DNA of 64,000 nt, taken from contig CAVVMW010000021.1 of assembly GCA_963749495.1 (NCBI GenBank), positions 832,001-896,000 on the forward strand, read 5' to 3'. The stretch's first letter is position 1. Each line of letters opens with the position of its first letter. Of this stretch, positions 22,275 to 32,235 are shown piece by piece. The position numbers and the translations under genes were made by a program. The notes below the pieces were generated by a model that was not told where the DNA came from, searched no databases, and saw nothing but the letters and a program-made list of their open reading frames with translations. This stretch comes from an uncultured bacterium. Lineage in GTDB: Bacteria; Verrucomicrobiota; Verrucomicrobiia; Limisphaerales; UBA8199.

Positions 22275-22884
22275 AAGTCCTGGATACCAGCGGCTTTTTC
22301 AAAGTCCAGCCCCACCATCGCGCCGGCTTCCTTCAGGCTGCCGGCCACGTCGGGGGGTAACAGCATCCCCTCTTTCATCACCTGCGCATAGCGCTCCCAT
22401 TCCATCTCCCCGCGAACGTATAGACGGTCGGCTCCCTCGGCCCGCGGCGCCTGGTGGATTTCCTCGACGAGCGCCTCCATCCGGCGGGCAAATTGGCCGC
22501 CGGGCATCATGGCCCCCGCATCGAGAGCGATGAACGCCGCGCCGTGGTTCGTGGGGGCGGTGCCGTCATCCCAAAGGCGGAGGACACCATCCCCAGCGAG
22601 GAGTCTCCATCCACCAGCGCCCACGCCGGCCCTTCGGCGGCGACCCGCGGCTGTCCGCGGACGCGCAATCCGCCCGCTTTGAGCCGGCGCAGGTAGCTCC
22701 GCAACAGCTTGGTGCCGTGGGTAAACACACCCCAGGCGTCCGTGGTGGCCAGCACGTCCGCCCCGAGTGCGGCGTCTGCTCCCGCCATGCCGACCCGCTC
22801 GAAGGCCTCCCGCGCGAAGCGGTGCAGCGCCTGGAAGCTCACCCGCCTGATGGCCACCGGGTTCGGCGGAGAATCGGAACTCAT
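22271..22884 (-). pseudogene. Ldh_2 (YiaK/AllD-like) oxidoreductase, centre deleted
   Basis: TDAWGVFTHG..VDGDSSLG N-terminus joined out of frame near 22570 to the HGAAFIALD..RLYVRGEME C-terminus. Confidence 0.8.
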
Positions 22885-23070
22885 ACTTGCTCACGGATTG
22901 GCCGCTTGTCAGGCGGCGTTTGTCGTCGGCGATTATCATCCCGGGGGCGCCGGCTGCGCCTTTCGTTTTCGATTGTTTTTCGGTTTTTTTCCCGCTTGGA
23001 AAACGTCGAAATCACGACGAAAATGAGCGGCGCACCCGGGTTTGAAGCCTTAAAAACTGAGGGAACATCC

Positions 23071-24799
23071 ATGAAGTTTGGCCATCTCGAACTGGACCCG
23101 GCCCGGAATCCGGCCGTGCTGGACACGGCGACCTGGGATTCGGCGGCGGCGTGGCAAACGATCGCGTCCTCGATGTGCGATTGGGCGTCCCTCCGGCGCG
23201 GAGCCGGGGGCGAGGCGCGCTTTGCGCACGCCCAGCCGATTCAGACTCCATGCGCCTTCTGCGGCCTCGAGCCCCGAGGCAGATTTCATCCTGGCCTCCC
23301 TCCCCGACGGGCAGGACGTGCTCCTGCGCATCGGCGCCGGAACCACGAACGAACTCGGAGAGCCCTTGGGGCTGAAACGGCTCGCGTCCGGCGAGACGCT
23401 GGCGGCTTACCCTGCGAAGGCCGCCGTGATTGACTGGTTCTGCCGGTCGCTAAAGCCGCAAAAGGCGGCCCGGCCCCTCGGCGCCACGCCCCGCCTCGGA
23501 GTGGGCACGCGGATGACCAACTCGGTCTGGCCGGGGATCTTTGCGGCGATGGCCAAAGACGGGTTTGCCGCCAACGCCATCCAGAATTCCGTTCGCGAGC
23601 TGAACTTGTTAGACGCCCTGCGGGAGGGTGCCCCGCCGGAGCGGAGTTTCTCCACCGGCATCGGCACGGTCGAGTGCGGGTGGGCGGGCAGCACTTATGA
23701 GGGCCTCTGGCTGGCCGGCGTGCTGGCCGCGCTCAAATGGAATGGGGCATTGCGTTACGGGGCGGATGCCGACCATGTCCAGGTCAAGCGCGGAGCCGAT
23801 GGACTGGAGCGCGCCAAACGCGTGCTCCGCGCCGCGCGTTACTACTCGTTTTACACCCTGGATATGGCGGACGTGCTCGACTATGCCGCACTCGATGTGA
23901 CTTCCAGGTCTGCGGCGGAGGAATTCCTCACCCGAAAGGTGCCGGATCCAGTGGAACGGACCGGAGTTCTCGAGTGCCACAAGCGGCCATTCGACCTCGG
24001 TTCCGAGGTCTTGCGCCTCGACGATCCTGCCGTGGGCCGCTTCGTCGGCAAGTATTGGGACACGCTGGACCGGTTGGAAGAACTGGCGCGCTACATCGCA
24101 GGTTTGAAGGAAGACCCAGCGTTTGATTTGGAGCTGACGATTGACGAGCACCCACCCGAAGTGGCGGCCTTTGATTGCCTGACCACGAACGAAGAGGTGC
24201 TCTTCCTGGCGCGCGAACTCCAGCGGCGCCGCCTGCCGGTGACTCACCTCGCCCCAAATTTCGGCCAGGAAAAAGGCTGCGACTACCGCGGCCCGGATGG
24301 GCTGGCGGGCCTGGAGCGGCGCGTGCGCGCCCAGTTCCAAATCGCCACGGGGTTCGGCCTCATGCTCGATGTGCATTCCGGCGATGATCTGACTGCGGCG
24401 ACGCGCGGGGTTTTTCACCGGGCAACTGGCGGCTGCCTGCACTTCAAGGTCTCGCCCAGGCTGCAGTTGATCTATGCCGAACTGCTCCAGGCTCATTATC
24501 CCGATTTGTTCGGACGGTGGTGGCGGGACGCCCTTGGTTATGCGAACGACGAAGCGGCTCGAGGTTCTCCCCTGGCCCGAGAGTGTCTCGCCGAGCTGGA
24601 GGCCGCGGGCGCCGCCCCGAGCCCGTCGTGGCGCCACGCGGTTTTTCATCACTTCAGCTTCCCCTTCGTGGGGCGGCGCGGAAAAGACGGCCAATTCCTG
24701 CACCGCCACGAGTTTTACAGCCTGTCCGCGGGTTTCAACGACGCTTATCGGGAGCGTGTGTGCGATTCTCTTTGTCAATTGGCAAACGATCTCTTTTGA
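23071..24799 (+). CDS. Tagaturonate/fructuronate epimerase (UxaE) family; probable frameshift near 23190
   Basis: LGVGTR, QNSVREL, YGADADH, DLELTIDE, LAPNF, DVHSGDD, HFKVS; the ATG with RBS at 23071 is in a different frame. Confidence 0.8.
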
Positions 24800-24811
24800 A
24801 CCCCCGAGCTT

Positions 24812-25483
24812 ATGCAATTGTTTATCGACTCCTCGAACCCGGAAGAAATTCTCACAGCGCGGTCATGGGGCATCATCGATGGCGTTACCACCAATCCCTC
24901 GCTGATCGCCAAGGCCGGCCCGGATATGGAAGTGGCCTTGCGCGGCGTGCTCGACGCCTCGCCCGGGGCGGTCTTTTGCCAGGTCATCGGCTGGCGCGAT
25001 CCCGAACCCCTGAAAGCGCAGGCCCGCTGGCTGCACCGCTTTTCGGACCGGATCGTGGTGAAACTCCCTATGAGCGTCGCCGGCCTCCAGGCGGTGCGGC
25101 AATTGAAACAGGAGCATCCCACTATCCCGCTGGCGGTGACCGCGGTGAGCACGGTTGCGCAGGCCGTCCTCGCCGCCAAGGCGGGCGCGGACGTCGTCGC
25201 GCTCTTCAACGGGCCGCTCGACCTGGAGCAGGATGAACCAGTGGACATTGTCGGACCCCTGCGCGCTATCTATGACCGCCACGGGTACAAGACGAAAATC
25301 CTCTCCGCCGGACGATACCCCCGGGCCTTCGGAGAGTATGCCGCGGCGGGGACCGACATCGTCACGCTCCGGTTCGAGTTCCTCAAGCTCCTGTTCGAGC
25401 ATGCCTTCACCGACAAGCGGATGCGGGGCTTTCTCCAGGACTGGCAGCAAGTCTTCGGCGACCGTACCTGGCCGAGTGCCTAA
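24812..25483 (+). CDS. Transaldolase/fructose-6-phosphate aldolase family protein
   Basis: LFIDS, GVTTNPSLI, VVKLPM, QAVLAAKAGA. Confidence 0.9.
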   Translation: MQLFIDSSNPEEILTARSWGIIDGVTTNPSLIAKAGPDMEVALRGVLDASPGAVFCQVIGWRDPEPLKAQARWLHRFSDRIVVKLPMSVAGLQAVRQLKQEHPTIPLAVTAVSTVAQAVLAAKAGADVVALFNGPLDLEQDEPVDIVGPLRAIYDRHGYKTKILSAGRYPRAFGEYAAAGTDIVTLRFEFLKLLFEHAFTDKRMRGFLQDWQQVFGDRTWPSA

Positions 25484-25497
25484 GCTCGGGCGGCGTT

Positions 25498-26283
25498 ATG
25501 CGCGTGCTGGACTCGTTCAAGCTGGATGGCCAGGTGGCCATCGTCACGGGGGGCGCTCAGAATCTGGGCCGCCAGCACGCGCTCGCGCTGGCGGAGGCGG
25601 GCGCGGAGGTCGCCATCTGCAACCTGGCCGAAGCGGCCGGGGAGGAGACCCGGAAGGAACTGGAGGTGATGGGCCGCCGCGCCTTTTTCGCGAACGTGGA
25701 TGTCACCCGGAGCGACCAAATCGACGCCTTCGTGCAGGCCGTGCTCGAGCGGTTCGGGAAGATTGACATCCTCGTCAACAATGCCGCCATGCCTTCGGAA
25801 GGAATCCCGCTCGAGGAGGTCCCCGACGACCAATGGCGACGCCTGATCGACACCAATCTCTCGAGCGTTTTCTACTTCAGCAAGCGTGTGGCGCAACACA
25901 TGATCCAGCGCGGCCAGGGCGGCCGGATCATCAATATCAGTTCCATGAATTGGACCGTCATCGGCAACCTCTTTCCGCGGCACAACGTGGCCTACTGTGT
26001 CGCCAAAGCCGGCGTGGCCCACCTGACCCGCGGCATGGCTTCCGAATGGGCGGCCCACGGAATCCGCGTCAATGCGCTGGCGCCGGGTTTCATCCACACG
26101 CAGCAGACCGCGGCCAGCGCGAGCATTCCCGAGATCCTCCAGCGCAACCTGGCGGCCACGCCCATGAAACGTTACGGGCGCATCAATGAACTCAAAGGCG
26201 CCATCGTGTTCCTGGCGTCGGAGGCCTCCTCCTTCGCCACCGGCACCATCCTGACCATCGACGGCGGCTACACGATTTGGTGA
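25498..26283 (+). CDS. SDR family oxidoreductase
   Basis: TGGAQNLG, LVNNA, YCVAK, DGGYTIW. Confidence 0.92.
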   Translation: MRVLDSFKLDGQVAIVTGGAQNLGRQHALALAEAGAEVAICNLAEAAGEETRKELEVMGRRAFFANVDVTRSDQIDAFVQAVLERFGKIDILVNNAAMPSEGIPLEEVPDDQWRRLIDTNLSSVFYFSKRVAQHMIQRGQGGRIINISSMNWTVIGNLFPRHNVAYCVAKAGVAHLTRGMASEWAAHGIRVNALAPGFIHTQQTAASASIPEILQRNLAATPMKRYGRINELKGAIVFLASEASSFATGTILTIDGGYTIW

Positions 26284-26570
26284 TTAAGGCGGCGGCAAGG
26301 AATAAAGGTGGCAACCTGCCTTGGTCTTTTGCCGCCCAGCCTCGCATACGCCATCTGGCTGGCCATTCCCGTCGTGGCGCTAAGCGCGGCAGGCGACAAA
26401 CGACCCGTTCAGCCGTGGGATTTCCAGTCCGACCGAAAACAGCAGCAACCAGAGGGGGGCTGTCGCCCCTCCGGACTCCCCGCCCTCGTCGCCGGTGCGC
26501 TCTTCTAGATAACATTGACGCCCGGCATGAGCGGCGTATCTTTGTCGCGTCCCGATTTGCCGGGCAAATT

Positions 26571-26907
26571 ATGAAAAAGCCATCGACGGAGAAAAAGTCC
26601 TGGGGCACGGTCGTTGCGGAAAAAGAGCGCGCCAAGGCGAACTCGTTCACCGACAAAAAACGGCAACGCCTCGTGGCGCGCGGATTGCAACTGATCTACG
26701 GTGATCCCGCTCATGCCCGAAGACGAAACCAACGACTCCCACGTGGTGGCGGAAGCGGGGCTCATCGGCGCTTCCATCCTGCTCAGCGCCGATGCCCATC
26801 TGAAAGACATCCCTTACGAGGCACTCAAGTTGATTCTTGACGCCGCCAACGTCCGCGCCCCCTTAATTGCCTCCCCTTGGAAAATTGTCCACCAGTTCTT
26901 TCGTTAA
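26571..26907 (+). pseudogene. Collapsed TA-like pair: small protein N-terminus joined to a PIN-like C-terminus
   Basis: MKKPSTEKKSWG..LQLIYG, then NDSHVVAEAGLIGASILLSADAHL in another frame. Confidence 0.5.
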
Positions 26908-27129
26908 GATGGTGAGGACTCAAACCTGGCCGCCCTTGTTCCACGATTGGCATGGACGGCGAGGCCCCAAAGGGCCCACACGCTGAAACTCAGAGCGGGC
27001 AACCTTCTGGTGACCAGGGGCTCGACACCGAGGCCTATGGCCGATCCGGGCCCTACCGCTCGGTTCGACACCGAGGCCCTTGGTGTCGGCGCGCCCTGCT
27101 CATGACCGGCGGCTCGACAGGGAGGTGTC

Positions 27130-27266
27130 ACCTGGCGGCCACGCCCATGAAACGTTACGGGCGCATCGATGAACTGAAGGGCGCCATCCTGTTCCTGGCG
27201 TCGGAGGCCTCCTCCTTCGCCACCGGGACGATCCTGACCATCGACGGCGGCTACACGATTTGGTGC
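27130..27266 (+). repeat. Duplicate of the SDR 3' end (about 26147-26282)
   Basis: About 135-bp direct repeat with 6 internal mismatches; stop codon lost (TGA to TGC). Confidence 0.92.
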
Positions 27267-28238
27267 CTAACGGTTCACCACGTTCGGCAAGGGTTCGCCG
27301 CGCACCGCCTTCAACGCGAGGGTCGCCGCGGTCTCCCGGAGCTTTTGCACGGCGGTTGGGCTGGCCGATGCGATATGGGGGGAGAGGATTACGTTCGGCA
27401 GCTCCAGAATCGGGTGGCCGGGCAGAACAGGCTCGGGATCGAACACGTCCAGGGCCGCGGCGCTCAGATGCCCGCTGCGCAACGCGGCCACGAGCGCCTC
27501 GCTGTCCACCAGGTCGCCACGCCCGACATTGATCAGAATGGCGCCCGGCTTGAGTTTGGCGAACGCGGCTTCACTCATCAGTTTGCGGGTCTGAGGTGTC
27601 GAAGGGCAGTGCAGGGTGACCAGGTCGCTCTCCGCAAGGAGTTCGTCCAGGGACCTGGCCGGCTGGGCTCCGGATTTCTCGATCTCCGCCGGCAGTACGC
27701 CTGGGTCGAAGACCCGGAGGGCGCACTTGAAGGGCTGCAGCCGCCGCGCCACTTCCCGCCCGATCCGCCCGAACCCGACCACCCCGGCTGTCATTTCGCG
27801 GAGCACGTTCATCCGGCCCAAGGGCACAGCCAGACCCCATTTCCCACCCCGGAGATGCAAGGTGTGTGGCACGACCTGGCGGGTCGTGGCCAGGATAAAA
27901 GCGAGTGCGTGGTCGGCAACCTCATCCACGCAATAGTCAGGCACGTTGCAGACCCGAATATTGGCCGCCCGGGCGGCCTCGAGGTCCACATTGTCCACCC
28001 CGATCCCGTAACGCACGATGGCCTTCGCCCGGGTCATGGCCCGGATCACCGCCGCGTTCACGCGCGCGAATTGGGTGATCACCGCGTCGGCCCCCTGGCA
28101 CAACTCAATCAGGTCCGCTTCGGTCCGGCATTGCCCTGACCGGACCAGGCAGCCGCCCCCCGCGAGTATTCTCGTCTCGAGGCCCAGGTCCGAAAACGCA
28201 TAGTCGGTCACCACCACGAGGGGTCGTTCGTCGTTCAT
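27267..28238 (-). CDS. D-isomer-specific 2-hydroxyacid dehydrogenase
   Basis: RYGIGVDNVD, GFGRIG, INVGRG, LDVF..EP, SPHIA. Confidence 0.92.
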   Translation of the reverse strand: MNDERPLVVVTDYAFSDLGLETRILAGGGCLVRSGQCRTEADLIELCQGADAVITQFARVNAAVIRAMTRAKAIVRYGIGVDNVDLEAARAANIRVCNVPDYCVDEVADHALAFILATTRQVVPHTLHLRGGKWGLAVPLGRMNVLREMTAGVVGFGRIGREVARRLQPFKCALRVFDPGVLPAEIEKSGAQPARSLDELLAESDLVTLHCPSTPQTRKLMSEAAFAKLKPGAILINVGRGDLVDSEALVAALRSGHLSAAALDVFDPEPVLPGHPILELPNVILSPHIASASPTAVQKLRETAATLALKAVRGEPLPNVVNR

Positions 28239-28338
28239 TGTTGAGGCACAGTTTTCGTCCGGCAGCATAAGCTGGCGGCGGCGAGGCGCACGACAGAATT
28301 CTTCGGGTGCATGATGGAGCCGGCGGTGCGTGCTCTGG

Positions 28339-28720
28339 ACGCCAAAGGCGTCGCTCATACCAGCCCAGGGCAACGCCCCATAGGCGTTAACTTGTTTGAA
28401 AAAGGTCCTCTTTTCCGAAGATTCTAACAATGGCCAGAAGCCGATTCGCTGGAAAAACGACTCATTTTGCGCCTGATTTGATGGAGCGCAGCGAACAAGT
28501 TAACGCCTATGGGGCAACGCCCTGGGAACAGCCGCCAATAATCATCTGGAGCGCTGAAAGCGCGATTCATCCTCCGGGAGCTTTTTGAGGCAGGCCGTTG
28601 GCCTGCAACAGAATGCAATGTGCGGTGGACCCAGGGCGGCGGCCCGCCTGCGCTGCGCTCCGGCGGGCCTTGGGCTGGGCTGTATAAATCAGGCCTTCGG
28701 CCTGAAGGCCAGCGTGCCGA
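28339..28720. repeat. REP-like element (CCCAGGGCAACGCCCTGGG type) interrupted by a MITE
   Basis: Short palindromes ACGCCAAAGGCGT, GCGCTGAAAGCGC, GGCCTTCGGCC. Confidence 0.65.
28379..28511. mobile_element. 133-bp MITE with 18-bp TIRs and 11-bp target duplication
   Basis: CATAGGCGTTAACTTGTT / AACAAGTTAACGCCTATG; GGGCAACGCCC at 28368-28378 and 28512-28522. Confidence 0.9.
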
Positions 28721-28898
28721 CCCCAAGCCTGGCATCAGCGGGAGGACCAAGCGGTGATATGGCTTCATCTACGAAAGCTCGCGAAATCCTTGCACATCAC
28801 AGGGTTTGAAGAATTTCGTCATGCGCCCGCGGCGGCACCACGCCGCTCTTTTTCGGCGGGTTTTCGACGGTTTCCGAGCACGCTCATTCGTCCCAGGC

Positions 28899-29949
28899 TC
28901 AAGGTCGTATTTCGGGGGAAAGCAGACAGTGCGCCACCCTGATGATGGCCTCCCTGTTGCCGCGAAAGGCCCAAATCTGTGTCGTGTCTTCACACTGCCG
29001 TGGACCGCTTGCTCCGCCGACCGCAGGAATGTGGTACTCGAGTTCGTTGAAAGAGCCGAGCTCGTTGTGGATGTTGCAGGCCTGGGTCGAGTAGCCGCGA
29101 TCCTCGGGCTCAGTCCAGGGCACATCGACATACTCGCCGGAAGGATTTACGGCAAAGTTGCGGACAATGAGCGACCATTGGCTGCCTTGCGCGAAGAGGT
29201 AACCGACGCGGCCGGTCGTGGCGACCGCCCGGAGGCTGAGTTTGTGCGCGCCCGCCTGGCGCATGCGGTAACGGAACAGATGGTCAGTCCCCGCCAGATC
29301 GCCGGACGGGATTGACCCGAATACGATCTTTGGGCTCGTCTTGAAGTAAGTCGGCACGAGCAACTCGCCAGGATGCGGCATTTGGACCAAATTCCACAGC
29401 CCAACCTGGCCGGGCCTGCTCCGAGGGCCCACGATGGCCAGCGAAGTTCGCTGGGTATAACCCGCAGTACTCAAGGCCGGCGAGATTCAAGCCGCGCTCG
29501 TAGCGGAGAGGATTGGGGGCGGGCGCGAATGACTTGGCGAGCGCCAGTTCGAGTTCCCTCTGGGAGCGCGAAAGCCGGAGCGTAAAGCGGCTTGCCAGGC
29601 GCAGGCCGGCCCCAGCCTTCTGGGCTTCGAAGCTGCCGGGATCGAGTTGGCGCGGTTGAAAGTACTTGGTCAGGTCGGGAAAGTCGGGGAGGAAGACGTC
29701 CACCTCGGGCGCCAGCCAAGTGCGGTCGCCGCCGGAGTTGTGCCAGGAGGCACTCGCATAAAAAGCCCGCGCGGACTCAGGGGCGGCCAGCGCCGGGTTC
29801 GTCCAATAAAAGTTCTCCTCGCTGTTTGGGGCAAACAGGCCGAGCACACGGCCGCCATGGGGCAGCACGAGCAAGCGTGTGCCGTCCGGACTTTTGTAGA
29901 TCCTGGCAGGCTTGCCCGCCTGCTTTAACACGTTGACGAGCGTTTGCAC
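28899..29949 (-). CDS. Conserved hypothetical protein (DUF6786-like), frameshift near 29465
   Basis: GGRVLG..WHNSGGDRTWLAPE and GSFNELEYH in two overlapping ORFs. Confidence 0.65.
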
Positions 29950-29981
29950 ATCGCGCCTTTCGTTTTGGACGCCGCTTCAGT

Positions 29982-31022
29982 TTAGGTTTTGGCGAGAGAA
30001 TTGCCGATGGCCATGATGATCGCAGCCACGATTAAGAGGGCGATCGCCAGGCACATCCGCACCCGGGGCAGGCCGCGGACGCCCCGCCACTCGCCGCTGG
30101 CGAAACCGACGCACTGTCCGCCCAGCATCTGGGAGGCCTGCTGAATGCCAAATCCCACCGAGGCGCCCAAGGCCCCTACCATCAGCATCCCGTTGCCCAT
30201 CAGCGCCACGCCGGCCGTGAGGTTCAGCCCGATGATCGCCGCCAGCAACAGCTCTCTCCGACTCCCGGCCAACACGCCCCAGGACCTCTTCCTGGTCATG
30301 AGATAGGCTGGGTAGATAACGTTCATCAACGAACCGCCGAGCAGGCAGACGGCCCAGACGGCGAACGTCGCCGGGACGTCACTGGCGCCGTGCTTTTTCA
30401 TGGCGTCAACGATGGGTCCCTGCCCATAGACGAAGGCGAGGCTCATCCCGCAGGAGAGGACCCCCGCAATAATGGTCATGACCAGGCCCCCGAGAAAGCT
30501 TCCCGCCTGCTGCGCCTGCTTTTGGAGGACTCGGTCCCGCCCAAAACCGGCGCAGGCGGCCAGGATCACCCCGACGAGCATTATGCCGACGCCCGCCAGC
30601 ACGGTGAGCCCGGCCGGTGATGAGATGTTCGCAGCCCCTTGGAAAAGGCCGGAGCCTTTCACGATCATGGGCAGCGTCACGCCAATCGAAACTCCCAGGC
30701 CGGTCAGAATCGCGCCGGTGAGCGCCATGCCAATCCGCACGAAGCACAGGCCGCACAAGATGTTCGCCACGCCCCAGCCGGCGGACCAGAGGTTGGCAAT
30801 GACCAGGGTCTTCACCGGCACGCTGGCATAAGCGGAAAAAGGCCCTGGGCAAAAGAGGACCGTCACCAGCCAAGGCATGACTAGCAAGCCGGTCAACATG
30901 CCGATAAACCACCAGTGCTCGAACTGGTACGTCTTCATCAGCTTCATGGGCCAGGCGCCGCCACCGACGATGAGACCCGCCAAGGCCACTGCGAGGATGC
31001 CGAGGATTTGTTGGGGTGACAT
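29982..31022 (-). CDS. L-rhamnose/proton symporter RhaT-family transporter
   Basis: WPMKLMKTYQFEHWW, GWGVANILCG, about 10 TM helices, SGEWRG. Confidence 0.8.
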   Translation of the reverse strand: MSPQQILGILAVALAGLIVGGGAWPMKLMKTYQFEHWWFIGMLTGLLVMPWLVTVLFCPGPFSAYASVPVKTLVIANLWSAGWGVANILCGLCFVRIGMALTGAILTGLGVSIGVTLPMIVKGSGLFQGAANISSPAGLTVLAGVGIMLVGVILAACAGFGRDRVLQKQAQQAGSFLGGLVMTIIAGVLSCGMSLAFVYGQGPIVDAMKKHGASDVPATFAVWAVCLLGGSLMNVIYPAYLMTRKRSWGVLAGSRRELLLAAIIGLNLTAGVALMGNGMLMVGALGASVGFGIQQASQMLGGQCVGFASGEWRGVRGLPRVRMCLAIALLIVAAIIMAIGNSLAKT

Positions 31023-31057
31023 GATCTTGAGATTGGGAGGGCGTAACCTTGAGCGGG

Positions 31058-31900
31058 TTAGGCTCCAGGCACGTAGCCCAGACCGAACCGGGCGCTGGAA
31101 ACGCTCCGGAAATCCGAGATGAGCGACATCAAGGCCGTGGTGCCGCCGTCCGCGATGATGGTTTGGCCCACGATGAACGCGGCGTCCTCGGAGCAGAGGA
31201 AGATGGCGAGTTTGGCGATGTCGGATTTTTTGCCGGAGCGCCCCAGCGGCACTTTTTCGTGAGCTGCCTTGGCCGCCTCGGCGTCGTTGAAGCCAGGGAT
31301 GACTTTGTAATAATTCTCCACCGTGACCCACCCTGGGGCAATGGCGTTGACGCGGATGCCCTTGTGGGCCAGTTCGACCGCCAGAGCGCGAGTATGAGCA
31401 ATGATGGCGCCCTTGGAGCCCGCATAGACGGAGTGCTCCGGCGCCCCGGACACACCGTGGATCGAGGTGAGGTTGCACACCGCGCCCCCGCCGTGCAGCA
31501 GCATGTCCTGGACGATGCGCTGCGTCAGGAAGAACTGGGCGCGGATATTCACGTGGTAAATCCGGTCGAACTGCTCCGGCCGCACCTCCAAGAACGGCTT
31601 GTTGAAGGTGATGCCGGAATTGTTGATGAGGCAGTCGATGCCACCAAGAAACGCCACTGCCTGCTCGCCCAGCTTTATCGCCTCGTCCACGCGGTCGAAA
31701 TCGGCCCGGTACGCTTCCGACCGCCGCCCAAGCGCCCGGATTTCCGCCACGGCGGCACGGGCGCCCTCGCGATCATGGGCGTAGTGGACCACGACGTCCG
31801 CCCCTTGCCGCGCAAATTCCAGCGCGATCTCTCGTCCGAGGCCGGTGCCGGACCCGGTGACCAGCGCGCGCTTGCCGGCCATTTTCAATTCAACGCTCAT
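31058..31900 (-). CDS. SDR family oxidoreductase
   Basis: TGSGTGLG, LINNSG, YAGSK. Confidence 0.92.
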   Translation of the reverse strand: MSVELKMAGKRALVTGSGTGLGREIALEFARQGADVVVHYAHDREGARAAVAEIRALGRRSEAYRADFDRVDEAIKLGEQAVAFLGGIDCLINNSGITFNKPFLEVRPEQFDRIYHVNIRAQFFLTQRIVQDMLLHGGGAVCNLTSIHGVSGAPEHSVYAGSKGAIIAHTRALAVELAHKGIRVNAIAPGWVTVENYYKVIPGFNDAEAAKAAHEKVPLGRSGKKSDIAKLAIFLCSEDAAFIVGQTIIADGGTTALMSLISDFRSVSSARFGLGYVPGA

Positions 31901-31929
31901 AGCTTGAGTTCTTTGGAATGACACCCTGC

Positions 31930-32121
31930 GAGATTACCGCATCCACCAATAAGCGGCGATGGTAATCACGCTGAGGATGGCCAGGTGGAGACGCCAATCG
32001 GCAAGGCCTTGGAAGGGCTCCCACCTCTTGCCCCATTCGAGCGTGGTGGCGGCGAGTTTGGGGCGCTCGGTCTTCCGGGTAAAGGCCGAGACCAGGAACA
32101 GGATCAGCGTAATCGCCAGTG
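31930..32121 (-). repeat. Duplicate of the SSS transporter 3' end (38588-38779)
   Basis: About 190-bp direct repeat encoding LAITLILFLVSAFTRKTE..AAYWWMR*. Confidence 0.93.
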
Positions 32122-32235
32122 CTCTCCACGGCCATCGCGCGGGTCGGCGCCGCCACCCAGAAGTTCGTGATCGAGGTGCGGCAGGGCGGCATCGAACGCG
32201 AGAAGGGCGCGCTCCGATGAAGCTGCGCCAAGCCC

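Noticed and set aside
31023..31478. N-terminal extension of RhaT
   Set aside because: Overlaps the SDR gene in another frame.
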